64,000 nt of DNA from an uncultured Gammaproteobacteria bacterium (GTDB taxonomy: Bacteria > Pseudomonadota > Gammaproteobacteria > Magnimaribacterales > TMED112). Of this stretch, positions 19,428-28,816 are shown in pieces. Where the stretch lies: contig CAJXFH010000002.1 in the NCBI GenBank assembly GCA_913052565.1, positions 39,324 to 103,323 on the forward strand, in the 5' to 3' direction. Numbering within the stretch: position 1 is the stretch's first letter; every line of letters starts with the position of its first letter. The notes beneath the pieces are model-generated. The model was not told where the DNA came from. It was given only the letters and a program-made list of their open reading frames with translations, and ran no database searches. The translations under genes and the position numbers were made by a program.

Positions 19428-20379
19428 TTGAAATTTTAAGTGCTTTAGCCATACTTTTGTAATTGGCGATTAACTTATCAGCAATTCCTTCTGCAGTTCC
19501 ATGATCAACAGAAACTCTCATAAATGGTAATCCAAGAGTAATATTTACAGTATTTTCAAAATCAAGTGTTTTAAGAACTGGTAAAGCTTGATCGTGATAC
19601 ATTGAGAGAATGCCGTCATACTTTTCATGTGAAAATGCTGTATCAGCAGGGATTGGACCTATTGCATCATAACCATCACTTTTTAGTTCATTGATTGCAG
19701 GAATGATTTCATTCTGTTCTTCATTTCCAAAAGAACCAGACTCACCAGCATGTGGATTTAATCCTAAAACACCAATTTTTGGATTTTGTTTGCCATATAT
19801 ATTTTCTATTCCATGACACAGAAGTTTAAATTTTGTTTTAACTAATTCTTTTTTAATTAAATTAGGCACTTCTCTCAAAGCAACATGAGTAGTAGCAACA
19901 CCTATGTTTAACTTGCCATTAGTTAACAGCATTAATACTTCACTAGATGAAAACCTCTCTTTCAAGAACTCAGTGTGACCCATAAAATTTTTAATATGGT
20001 CCTGAATAACACTTTTTTTGATTGGTCCAGTTACTAGATAGCCAGATTGTTCGTTCGCGGCATCACTTGCAATTTTTAAACAATCAATTACATACTTTGC
20101 ATTATCTTTATTTGGTGAGCCTAAAACATAATCAGCACACCCATCAACATCTATCAAATTGATGTGATATTTAAGAGCTTCATTACCCTCGCTAATTATA
20201 TTTATTGGAATCTCATTATTCATACGCGAAAGCATATTAGCTATTACTTTTCGAGAACAGACAACGATTATTGAATCTAATTTTGAATGTATGACATTAT
20301 CTTTTAGTGACTTTATAAATACTTCTGGACCTATTCCGGCAGGGTCGCCTAGAGATACAAAAACTGGCACGCTTATCAA
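19408..20379 (-). CDS. pdxA: 4-hydroxythreonine-4-phosphate dehydrogenase
   Basis: 323 aa. GDPAGIGPE, GHTEFL, LNPHAGE, MYHDQ and SVDHGTA. Confidence 0.9.
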   Translation of the reverse strand: MISVPVFVSLGDPAGIGPEVFIKSLKDNVIHSKLDSIIVVCSRKVIANMLSRMNNEIPINIISEGNEALKYHINLIDVDGCADYVLGSPNKDNAKYVIDCLKIASDAANEQSGYLVTGPIKKSVIQDHIKNFMGHTEFLKERFSSSEVLMLLTNGKLNIGVATTHVALREVPNLIKKELVKTKFKLLCHGIENIYGKQNPKIGVLGLNPHAGESGSFGNEEQNEIIPAINELKSDGYDAIGPIPADTAFSHEKYDGILSMYHDQALPVLKTLDFENTVNITLGLPFMRVSVDHGTAEGIADKLIANYKSMAKALKISIASNET

Positions 20380-20380
20380 A

Positions 20381-21613
20381 TTATTTAATTTCTATAAAAG
20401 CTTCTGCTTTTAACTCTTGAAGGTCAGATTCTAGCTCTTCATCAAATTTTCTATTAAAAAGATATGAAAAAGCCCTGTCTTCAACTCTTTCATTTGTTTT
20501 GTCTTCAACTCTTGTTCCCAATACCTCAAGTATGTGCCACCCAAATTGACTTAAAAAAGGCTCGGTTATTACATTTAAATCAGATTTCATCATTTGTCTT
20601 TCAAATTCTGGATCATATACACCTTCACCAGCCCAACCAAGATTACCGCCTTCTTGCTTAGACCCCGGATCATCAGAATATATAGATGCGAGTTCATCAA
20701 AACTTTCACCGTCTAGTATTCTTTTTCTCAATTCTGTAATGAGTTCTTCACTGGCTTCGTCAGGCCTAATTCGATTAGGAATCAGTAATATATGTCTTAC
20801 ATCCCATTGTTTTTCAAAAGTTACAGTATTTCCTCTTTTGTCTTCAAGATAAAGTATATGATCACCAGCACCACTTCTAATTGGCATAGCTAGCTCCCCA
20901 ATCTTCATTTCTTTCAAAGTATCTGTGAAAAGATCTGGGAATCCAGGAAGCTTTCTCCATCCAAGATCACCAGCACCTTCTGAGAACTCTGTTATGTAGT
21001 TGTCTATATTTTTCCCTTCTGCTAAACCATTTAAAACTTCTTCATAAACATCATCTGAATTTTTTTCTGAGCTAGTTCTTATTAAGATTTGTCTTACTTT
21101 TAGTTCAGGACCCAATTGGTTCTGAGCTTCTTCAGTATTTAGAAAATTATCTAATTCTTCTCTGCTTATAGAGATTTTGTTTTGTATTCTTCCCTGTTGA
21201 ACCCGATTGATTTTAAGATTTTTTCTGATTTCTTCTCTGAGATCTGAATATGAATCACCTCTATCTTCAACAACTTTGATAAATTCTTCGATGTCGAGAT
21301 TATTTTGTTGAGCAAGTCTTTTAACTGTTACATTGAGCTCTTCATCACTTATCTTTATACCGACTTTATCTGCAATTTGTAGTTGGATCTCAGCGATGAT
21401 TAGATCGTCAACGATGGTTTCTCGCAGTTCTTCATCTGAAGGGATTCTATCTCCATTAAGTGTCGCGTTTTTTTTGAATTCAGACATTCTTTGTAAAATA
21501 TCTGATTCCAAAACTACACCGTCATTTACAATTACCGCAACCCTGTCCAATTCTTGCGACATTATGCTCAAAGGCAAAAGAAAAAGTACCAAGTATCTAA
21601 TTAAATAAACCAT
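20381..21613 (-). CDS. surA: Periplasmic chaperone / peptidyl-prolyl isomerase SurA
   Basis: 410 aa. Signal peptide, a SurA N-domain and two parvulin-like segments (for example FGWHILEV). Follows the lptD-surA-pdxA order. Confidence 0.9.
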   Translation of the reverse strand: MVYLIRYLVLFLLPLSIMSQELDRVAVIVNDGVVLESDILQRMSEFKKNATLNGDRIPSDEELRETIVDDLIIAEIQLQIADKVGIKISDEELNVTVKRLAQQNNLDIEEFIKVVEDRGDSYSDLREEIRKNLKINRVQQGRIQNKISISREELDNFLNTEEAQNQLGPELKVRQILIRTSSEKNSDDVYEEVLNGLAEGKNIDNYITEFSEGAGDLGWRKLPGFPDLFTDTLKEMKIGELAMPIRSGAGDHILYLEDKRGNTVTFEKQWDVRHILLIPNRIRPDEASEELITELRKRILDGESFDELASIYSDDPGSKQEGGNLGWAGEGVYDPEFERQMMKSDLNVITEPFLSQFGWHILEVLGTRVEDKTNERVEDRAFSYLFNRKFDEELESDLQELKAEAFIEIK

Positions 21614-23489
21614 TATTAATAATATTATCTATTGGAGTGAGTATATTTGTAAGTCCTACTAACTCAAATTCAAAGCTAAGGTTATTTTTTACTTTAGGAT
21701 TAGTCAAATTTACAAGATCAAAATAAGTTGTTTCAGCATAATTTGGGTCAATAAAAGGAAAAAATCGTGCTCTTTCAGCACTCAATCTCAGTCTTAGACA
21801 ATCATATTCCCATTCAATACCAAGAATATTTTCATTAACAGTATCTTTATCTCTTGAATATTGGGCTCTTGAAAATACTTTAAATTTTTGAAAATCCTTT
21901 TTAAATTTAAGCATGTAATTATCAATTGGTTTCAATGGATAGCTTGAAGGTATTAGGTTATTTTTTTGAAAAGAAAAAAATGTAGAATCATTTTTGAAAC
22001 TTACACCAGCCATAAGAGCTAGAAAATCGCTCTTTTCATAACTATAGTTACCTTTCGCAAAAAAATTAAAATTTGAATTTTTAGTTGTCAAAGAAAAGAA
22101 AATTGGATCTTTGTCATAAAATTTCTTAAAGATCATACTCTCATTGGCAAAGTTATACTTTTCATAAAGATTTGTAGATATCGAAAAATTCATTCCATCA
22201 GTCATCCAATTTTTTGAAATGAAAAGCTTTCTGGAATTTGCTGTTCTATCTTTTCCTACCCATGGCATAAGAGACATATTAGATTCAGGAGAGGGGTTTA
22301 AGGGGTATGAATCTAGTATTGGTAGATCTTTTTCATCTTCAAATGTTGACCAAATAACACCAATTTTTAAGCTGTTGTCCTGTAATAGGGAAAACATTTG
22401 TCTCGTTGAAAAATTTGTAGATGTTCTTTCACGATTTTGATCCAAGACAATGTCTTCTTTTTTTATGAATTCATATTCTCTGTGACTAATCAAATATTGG
22501 CTTGAATAAGTTGCTGAATTAAATTTTATATTCCTATTTACATAAATATCCCTGGATACTCTTTCTGCCTCTTGTACCACTTCATAGGGCATCATTAGTT
22601 CAAAAGGCGAGTTATTCTCAAATTTTGCAAACTCAGTATTAACATCAATGCCCCAATTGCCAAATACAAAGTATCTTTCGTAAAGAATATAATCTTTTGA
22701 GTGAGAAACAGGCCGCAATGCACCAATATTTACAAAGTTATCTGCAAAAATAGATAAATTTCTATTGTCTTTCAAAACTGAAATACCTATTGATTGTTTT
22801 AAATCCAGGCTTCTTCTATTTATATCTAGATATTTGTAACCATAATTTTGTATAAGTGAATTACCACTAAGGTCTGAATAATCGAGGGTTAAAGATACTG
22901 ATTCATTTAGATTTATTATGGAATCAATGTCATACACCCATGAACTATTTTCGTCATCCAGAGCAAGGCTTTTAAAGTTGAAATTATTCAGACCATCATC
23001 AAATCCAAAATCCATAGAAAGGCCAAAAGATGAATTTGTGTAAATAGGCTCTATAGTGAAGACCGAATTTTCAGTTTTTGTTTTAAATTTATAACTTATA
23101 TCTAAATTTGAATCAGTAACTCCAAGATTTGGAATATTAAAATTATCTTCTTCATTAATGCTTACTTCGCCTAACCAGAATATTGGTAGGCCAAAAATAC
23201 GAAGTTTTGTATTTTTAATTGTAAGACTTTCACCATTCAGCTCAGCTTGTTCAGCAGTTAAATCCCAAACAGAACTATTTTTACATGAGGTAACCTTAAC
23301 TTTTTCAAGCTCGAGCAAATCATCTGTGCTTACTGCTCTCTCAAAACTTAGATCAATTGAATCTGTAACTGATAATTCTCCCTGATTTATTTCAAAATTT
23401 GCTTTACTGTCGCCTTCATGACACTCAGGCTTTGCGAAAAATGAACAAAGAAAGAGAAATAACAAAAACAGATTATTAACTTTTGGCAT
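21597..23489 (-). CDS. lptD: LPS assembly outer-membrane protein LptD (short form)
   Basis: 630 aa. Signal peptide, an aromatic-rich beta-barrel-type sequence ending in ...NGLFN, and a position upstream of surA. Confidence 0.8.
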   Translation of the reverse strand: MPKVNNLFLLFLFLCSFFAKPECHEGDSKANFEINQGELSVTDSIDLSFERAVSTDDLLELEKVKVTSCKNSSVWDLTAEQAELNGESLTIKNTKLRIFGLPIFWLGEVSINEEDNFNIPNLGVTDSNLDISYKFKTKTENSVFTIEPIYTNSSFGLSMDFGFDDGLNNFNFKSLALDDENSSWVYDIDSIINLNESVSLTLDYSDLSGNSLIQNYGYKYLDINRRSLDLKQSIGISVLKDNRNLSIFADNFVNIGALRPVSHSKDYILYERYFVFGNWGIDVNTEFAKFENNSPFELMMPYEVVQEAERVSRDIYVNRNIKFNSATYSSQYLISHREYEFIKKEDIVLDQNRERTSTNFSTRQMFSLLQDNSLKIGVIWSTFEDEKDLPILDSYPLNPSPESNMSLMPWVGKDRTANSRKLFISKNWMTDGMNFSISTNLYEKYNFANESMIFKKFYDKDPIFFSLTTKNSNFNFFAKGNYSYEKSDFLALMAGVSFKNDSTFFSFQKNNLIPSSYPLKPIDNYMLKFKKDFQKFKVFSRAQYSRDKDTVNENILGIEWEYDCLRLRLSAERARFFPFIDPNYAETTYFDLVNLTNPKVKNNLSFEFELVGLTNILTPIDNIINNGLFN

Positions 23490-23529
23490 ATCCTTGTATT
23501 ATAGGACTTATACAAATAAAAAAAGTTTT

Positions 23530-24387
23530 ATGAGCCTTAAAGATAAAGTAATTTTCATGACAGGGGGCAGCAGAGGCATTGGCTTGGCTATTGCCTTAAA
23601 AGCCGCAAAAGATGGTGCAAATGTTGCAATTGCTGCTAAAACAGTTGAGCCACACCCAAAGCTTGAAGGAACAATTTTTACAGCTGCAGAAGAAATAGAA
23701 AAAGCTGGAGGCAGAGCATTGCCAGTTCAATGTGACATTCGGTTTGAAGAGAGTGTAAATGAAGCAGTTAAAAAGACAGTTGAAGCATTTGGTGGAATAG
23801 ATATATGTATTAACAATGCATCAGCAATAAGCCTAACACCAACTCTTCAAACAGATATGAAAAGATATGATCTAATGCATAGCATTAATGGAAGAGGTAC
23901 ATTTCTTACAAGCAAGATATGTATTCCTCATCTGCTTAATTCTTCTAATCCACACATTATAAATCTAGCTCCACCACTTGATATGAATCCAGTTTGGTTT
24001 CAAGGCTCATTAGCATACACCATGGCTAAATATAATATGAGCATGTGTGTCTTAGGTATGGCCGCAGAATATCAAGGTCAAATAGGGGTAAACGCACTTT
24101 GGCCAAGAACAGCAATTAAAACAGCAGCAGTAGCAAATGTTCTAGGTGGCACGGAAATGTATGAAAAGTCGAGGAATCCAGAAATTATGGCAGATGCAGC
24201 TTACATAATAATGAATAAAGACCATAAAAGTTTTACTGGAAACTTTTTAATTGATGATAGCCTTTTGGCTGAAAATGGTGAAACTGACTTTAAACAATAT
24301 GCAGATTTTCCTTTTGATGAATTAATGCCAGATTTCTTTGTGCCTGCAGAAGGCTATCCTGTTCCAAAAATAGTCAAAGAGAGTTGA
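23530..24387 (+). CDS. Short-chain dehydrogenase/reductase (HSDL2-like)
   Basis: The ORF opens at a TTG at 23494. I prefer the ATG at 23530 (MSLKDKVIFMTGGSRGIGLAIA). Has NNAS and YTMAKYNM (YxxxK). Confidence 0.8.
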   Translation: MSLKDKVIFMTGGSRGIGLAIALKAAKDGANVAIAAKTVEPHPKLEGTIFTAAEEIEKAGGRALPVQCDIRFEESVNEAVKKTVEAFGGIDICINNASAISLTPTLQTDMKRYDLMHSINGRGTFLTSKICIPHLLNSSNPHIINLAPPLDMNPVWFQGSLAYTMAKYNMSMCVLGMAAEYQGQIGVNALWPRTAIKTAAVANVLGGTEMYEKSRNPEIMADAAYIIMNKDHKSFTGNFLIDDSLLAENGETDFKQYADFPFDELMPDFFVPAEGYPVPKIVKES

Positions 24388-25310
24388 AGAACATAGCTGA
24401 AGCATCTGAGTGGCTAAGCAGCATAATAGGCACAAAAAATTTCAATATCGAACCATTAAGAAAAGAAGCAAGTCAAAGAGCATATTTTAGAGTCAGATCA
24501 GAGAAAAATTCATTTGTATTGTGTGATAATTTCGATGAAAAAGAAGTGCCGGCAAAATATTTATATGCCACAAAAATCCTTCAAAAAAACTCAGTAAATG
24601 TACCAGAAATACTAGGTTTTTCAGAATCTTTGCGTTTTATTTTATTAGAGGACCTTGGTGACCAAACGTTAGATATAAATAAATCACAATCACATGAGAA
24701 GGTCCTAAATGAAGCCTTGATACAATTAAGCCTAATTAAATTTTCAGAACAAGATGTTCTTAAATCATTCTCAGAAAATGATCTTTTAGCACAAACAAAA
24801 AAATTCATTACTTTTTGCAATGAACAAAATTTAGACGAAGAAGATATAAATTTAATTAACAACCTAAGAGAAGATTTAGTGCAAAACCTCATGGGTCAAC
24901 AATTTGTTCCTACTCACAATGATTTTGAAAGAAGAAACTTAATTTATCACAACGAGGAGATATATGTTATTGATTTTCAGGATCTAAATATAGCTCCCAT
25001 AGGTATAGATTTGGCTTCAATACTATTCGAACATAATTTCAATTACGAAGATGAAACTATTTCAAAATTATTAAGTAAACATATAAATTCAAACGGCTTT
25101 CAAATAAGTATTGATGAATTAAAGCGCCATATTATGCAAGCTCTTGCTCATCGTTCGATGAGAATCGTCGGAACTTTTAATGAATATTTTAAAAAAGGTA
25201 TTGCTTTAAATAGACAGAAGGATATAAAAAATTTTTTACAAAGAATTATCTTGAGTCTGGAGTACCTTGATAAGAATAATTCAGCAATAATAATAAAAAA
25301 GATTTTATGA
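24384..25310 (+). CDS. amgK: Aminoglycoside-phosphotransferase-fold kinase, probable anomeric MurNAc/GlcNAc kinase AmgK
   Basis: 308 aa. Kinase motifs HNDFERRNLI (HxDxxxxN) and VIDFQD. Located next to lptD and followed by a MurU-like gene, as in Pseudomonas. Confidence 0.65.
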   Translation: MKNIAEASEWLSSIIGTKNFNIEPLRKEASQRAYFRVRSEKNSFVLCDNFDEKEVPAKYLYATKILQKNSVNVPEILGFSESLRFILLEDLGDQTLDINKSQSHEKVLNEALIQLSLIKFSEQDVLKSFSENDLLAQTKKFITFCNEQNLDEEDINLINNLREDLVQNLMGQQFVPTHNDFERRNLIYHNEEIYVIDFQDLNIAPIGIDLASILFEHNFNYEDETISKLLSKHINSNGFQISIDELKRHIMQALAHRSMRIVGTFNEYFKKGIALNRQKDIKNFLQRIILSLEYLDKNNSAIIIKKIL

Positions 25311-25951
25311 AAGCCATGATTCTAGCTGCAGGTTTTGGGAAAAGGCTTGGAGATATTACAGAGAATAAACCAAAACCGCTTGTACAAGTACAGGGCAAGT
25401 GTCTGATTGATCACCACATAGAGAAACTCCTTTTTGCAAAGATCAAACAAATCACAATTAATACTCATTATCTAGCTGAGCAAATAGCAAACCATGTCAC
25501 AAGCAAATATTCTGATTCAGCAGACATTTCAATTGTTTATGAGAAAGAAATTCTTGGCACAGGAGGAGGGATCTTAAATGCAACAAAAAATTTTGGTTCA
25601 GAAGATTTTGTTGTTATTAATTCAGATATTTACTCAGATTATGACTATTCAAAATTTAAAAATAAATCTTCAACGAAAGTATTTGTTGTTCCAAATGACA
25701 ATAACTCAGGTGATTTCACCGTTAAGGATGGAACAGTAATGCTTGGTGAGAAAAAAGATTTTACTTGGACAGGATTCAGCGTAATTAATAGAGATATTAT
25801 TATGAGCTGCCAAAAAGAAAAATTTCATTACTGGGAAGATTGTTTAAAAATTCATGCAGCCAGTAATATGCTTGAAGCAGAAATACTTAATATAAATTGG
25901 TATGATGTTGGAAGCATTGATGTCCTGAATTATTTAAATAAAGAATCGTGA
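25307..25951 (+). CDS. murU: Nucleotidyltransferase, probable MurNAc-alpha-1-phosphate uridylyltransferase MurU
   Basis: 214 aa. MILAAGFGKRLGDITENKPKPLV sugar-nucleotidyltransferase motif. Overlaps the amgK stop. Confidence 0.65.
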   Translation: MKAMILAAGFGKRLGDITENKPKPLVQVQGKCLIDHHIEKLLFAKIKQITINTHYLAEQIANHVTSKYSDSADISIVYEKEILGTGGGILNATKNFGSEDFVVINSDIYSDYDYSKFKNKSSTKVFVVPNDNNSGDFTVKDGTVMLGEKKDFTWTGFSVINRDIIMSCQKEKFHYWEDCLKIHAASNMLEAEILNINWYDVGSIDVLNYLNKES

Positions 25952-26607
25952 GTAAAATTATTGCCCCTTCCATTTTATCAGCAGATTTTTCTAGGTTGGG
26001 TGAAGAGGTCAGAGCAGTATTGGATGCTGGTGCTGATTGGGTTCATTTTGATGTCATGGACAATCATTATGTTCCAAACCTCACAATAGGACCTATGGTA
26101 TGCAAGTCCCTTAGAAACTATGGAATTGATGAATTTATTGATGTCCATTTAATGGTTAAACCTGTTGATCCTTTGATAAAAATGTTCATTGATTCAGGAG
26201 CTGACCTAATTTCATTCCATCCTGAAGCAACGGATGATTTGGATGCAACATTAAAACTGATTAAAGATTCAGGCTGTAAGGCTGGCATAGCAGTTAATCC
26301 AGAAGAAGACATTTCAATTGCAAAAAAGTATATAGAAGATATTGATCTTGTTTTACTTATGTCTGTAAATCCAGGATTTGGTGGTCAAAAATTTATTGAA
26401 CCAGTCTTGGAGAAAATAAAAATGATGAGAAGCTTCATTGATCAGTCAAAAAATAATGTCCATCTAGAAGTAGATGGTGGCATAAATGTTGATAATATTA
26501 ATGAGGTTTGCGTAGCTGGAGCTGATACGTTTGTCTTGGGCTCAGCAATTTTTAATACAGATGATTACTCGGATACTATTTCTGCTCTTCGCAACAATAT
26601 CGCTTGA
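25948..26607 (+). CDS. rpe: Ribulose-phosphate 3-epimerase
   Basis: 219 aa with a GTG start. HFDVMDNHYVPN, MSVNPGFGGQKF and EVDGGI. Confidence 0.95.
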   Translation: MSKIIAPSILSADFSRLGEEVRAVLDAGADWVHFDVMDNHYVPNLTIGPMVCKSLRNYGIDEFIDVHLMVKPVDPLIKMFIDSGADLISFHPEATDDLDATLKLIKDSGCKAGIAVNPEEDISIAKKYIEDIDLVLLMSVNPGFGGQKFIEPVLEKIKMMRSFIDQSKNNVHLEVDGGINVDNINEVCVAGADTFVLGSAIFNTDDYSDTISALRNNIA

Positions 26608-26971
26608 AGCAGACGTTAAAAAAATTGAAGCAATTATTGCTAATCAAAAGGTTTATCTTTCAGTAGCAGATACACAATCACTGAGAAAAAAAGGCTTAAT
26701 GGGTATAAAAGAACTTGAGGCTGATAGCGGTATGATCTTTCTCTGGCCAAATGCCTCAAAGAAATGCATGTGGATGAAAGATACTTTAATTGATTTATCA
26801 GTAGCCTTTATTACAAATGATAAAAAAATTACTGAAATTAAAAATCTTCAAGCTGGGAATCTAGAATCTGTGTGTTCTAGCGACAGGAATGTAATAGCTG
26901 CTATTGAAATGAATAAAGATTGGTTCAAGGAAAATAAAGTTTTTCGAGGATCAGCTGTAAGGTTTCTTTAG
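26561..26971 (+). CDS. DUF192-family secreted protein
   Basis: The ORF opens at 26531. The ATG at 26561 gives a signal-peptide-like MITRILFLLFATISLEA. RKKGLMG...DSGMIFLW resembles DUF192 (COG1430). Confidence 0.65.
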   Translation: MITRILFLLFATISLEADVKKIEAIIANQKVYLSVADTQSLRKKGLMGIKELEADSGMIFLWPNASKKCMWMKDTLIDLSVAFITNDKKITEIKNLQAGNLESVCSSDRNVIAAIEMNKDWFKENKVFRGSAVRFL

Positions 26972-27570
26972 AAATACCTGCTTAGCGTAGTCATTATCTT
27001 TGACGTAGCTGTCATCATGCCCTTGACTGGAGGAGGCAGCTCTTGGCTTCCGTGATCTTTAGCTTCTTGACCATGGATTTCTTCCTCTTCAAGCATCTTT
27101 TGTAGAATTTCTCTACTTTTTGTATCTTTAGGCGACATTTCTTTCAAATGTCTTTTGAGATGTTCAACAACTTGTTTTTCAGTTTCCTCAACAAACCCAA
27201 GACTTGTAGCATCACCAATTAAAGCAGCTACTGAACCTAACGTAAAAGAGCCAGCATAATATAAAGGATCCATAAGAGATTTTTTTCCGCCCAGCTCGTC
27301 TAATCTTTTGCTACACCACTCAAGGTGAGCAAACTCTTCATCACCTGCTTTTATTAAATGTTTTTTTACTTCAGGAGTATTTGAAAAAAAAGCCTGGCCC
27401 CTATACAGCGCCTGAGCAGACACCTCACCAGAAGCATTTACTCGCATTAAAGATATAGATTTTTGTCTTTCTTCATCTGTAAGTGTTTCGTCCAATTTAC
27501 CTTTGTTGGAGTATGTGATTGTTTTTAAAAAATGATTTAATTCAGTTGCAATTTTATCTCTAAGATTCAT
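26968..27570 (-). CDS. coq7: 2-nonaprenyl-3-methyl-6-methoxy-1,4-benzoquinol hydroxylase (Coq7, di-iron)
   Basis: 200 aa. LMRVNASGEVSAQALYRGQ, EEFAHLEW and EEEIHG di-iron carboxylate motifs. Aligns by eye with Pseudomonas Coq7. Confidence 0.85.
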   Translation of the reverse strand: MNLRDKIATELNHFLKTITYSNKGKLDETLTDEERQKSISLMRVNASGEVSAQALYRGQAFFSNTPEVKKHLIKAGDEEFAHLEWCSKRLDELGGKKSLMDPLYYAGSFTLGSVAALIGDATSLGFVEETEKQVVEHLKRHLKEMSPKDTKSREILQKMLEEEEIHGQEAKDHGSQELPPPVKGMMTATSKIMTTLSRYF

Positions 27571-28816
27571 AAATTTTTCCTATATCACTTCTATATATAG
27601 TGCCATCAAAATTGATTTCATCAATGATTTTATAAATGTAGTTTGAGCATTTTTCTAGGCTTTCAGCTTGATAATTAACTGAAAATACTCGCCCTCCCGA
27701 AGTTTGTAATTTGCCATCGACTAATTTTGTTCCAGCATGAAAAACTTTGAGGCTCTCAAAACTAGGCAGTCTGATTGGTTTATCAATTTCGTACTTTCCT
27801 GGATAACCATTTGAAGCAATAACAACACCCATTGCAGCTCCTTTTTTCCATTCGAGTTCTACTGGGTCATTGTTTAAAGCTTGTAGAATATTCTTCAATA
27901 AATCTGATTCCATCTGCATCATTAAGCACTGAGTTTCTGGATCACCTAGACGACAATTAAATTCTAAAACTTTTGGTTCATTATTTTTTACCATCAAGCC
28001 AAAATACATAAAGCCATAATAATTTATACCCATTTTTCTTAACCCATCAATTGTGGGCTGCACAACTTTTTCTGAGATTTTATTTTTTAAAGCATTATTC
28101 ATGAAAGGCGAGGGTGATATACAACCCATACCACCTGTATTTGGTCCTTTGTTTCCTAACTTTAGTGGCTTGTAATCAACACTTGTCTCAAATGGATAAA
28201 AATTATCTGGAGTAAGAATTCCCATAAAACTAAGCTCAGTTCCAAATAAGCATTCCTCAATTAAAATATTATTTCCAGCATCACCAAAGATTGAATTATT
28301 CATAACTTCATCAACCCACTCCACAGCTTCTTTTTGATTTGTCGCAACTAAAACACCTTTTCCTGCTGCTAGTCCATCAGCTTTAAGAACGATAGGAAAA
28401 CTTGCACTCTGTAGATATTCTTTTGCTATGCTGCTGGAGGAAAAAAATTCTGCCTCCCCAGTAGGTATGGAATTTTCGAAAAGAAATTTTTTTGAGAAAA
28501 TCTTTGAGCCCTCTAACATTGCTCCTTCAGAAGTTGGACCAAACACTTTTACATTCTCTTTGTTTAGATAATTAGTAAGGCCGCCAACGAGAGGATCTTC
28601 GGGACCAATTACAACGAGATCAATATTTTTTTCAGTAATAACTTTTTTGATATTTTCAAAATCATTCGATCCTATATTCAGATTTTCACATTTGTATTCA
28701 GTTTCAGTGCCGCCATTGCCAGGTGCAATAAAAACTTTCTTGGTTAATTCAGATTGACTTAATTTCCATGCAATTGCATGCTCTCTGCCTCCTTGACCAA
28801 CTACTAAAATATTCAT
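27560..28816 (-). CDS. purD: Phosphoribosylamine-glycine ligase
   Basis: 418 aa. MNILVVGQGGREHA, GPNTGGMG and EFNCRLGDPETQ. Confidence 0.95.
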   Translation of the reverse strand: MNILVVGQGGREHAIAWKLSQSELTKKVFIAPGNGGTETEYKCENLNIGSNDFENIKKVITEKNIDLVVIGPEDPLVGGLTNYLNKENVKVFGPTSEGAMLEGSKIFSKKFLFENSIPTGEAEFFSSSSIAKEYLQSASFPIVLKADGLAAGKGVLVATNQKEAVEWVDEVMNNSIFGDAGNNILIEECLFGTELSFMGILTPDNFYPFETSVDYKPLKLGNKGPNTGGMGCISPSPFMNNALKNKISEKVVQPTIDGLRKMGINYYGFMYFGLMVKNNEPKVLEFNCRLGDPETQCLMMQMESDLLKNILQALNNDPVELEWKKGAAMGVVIASNGYPGKYEIDKPIRLPSFESLKVFHAGTKLVDGKLQTSGGRVFSVNYQAESLEKCSNYIYKIIDEINFDGTIYRSDIGKIYES

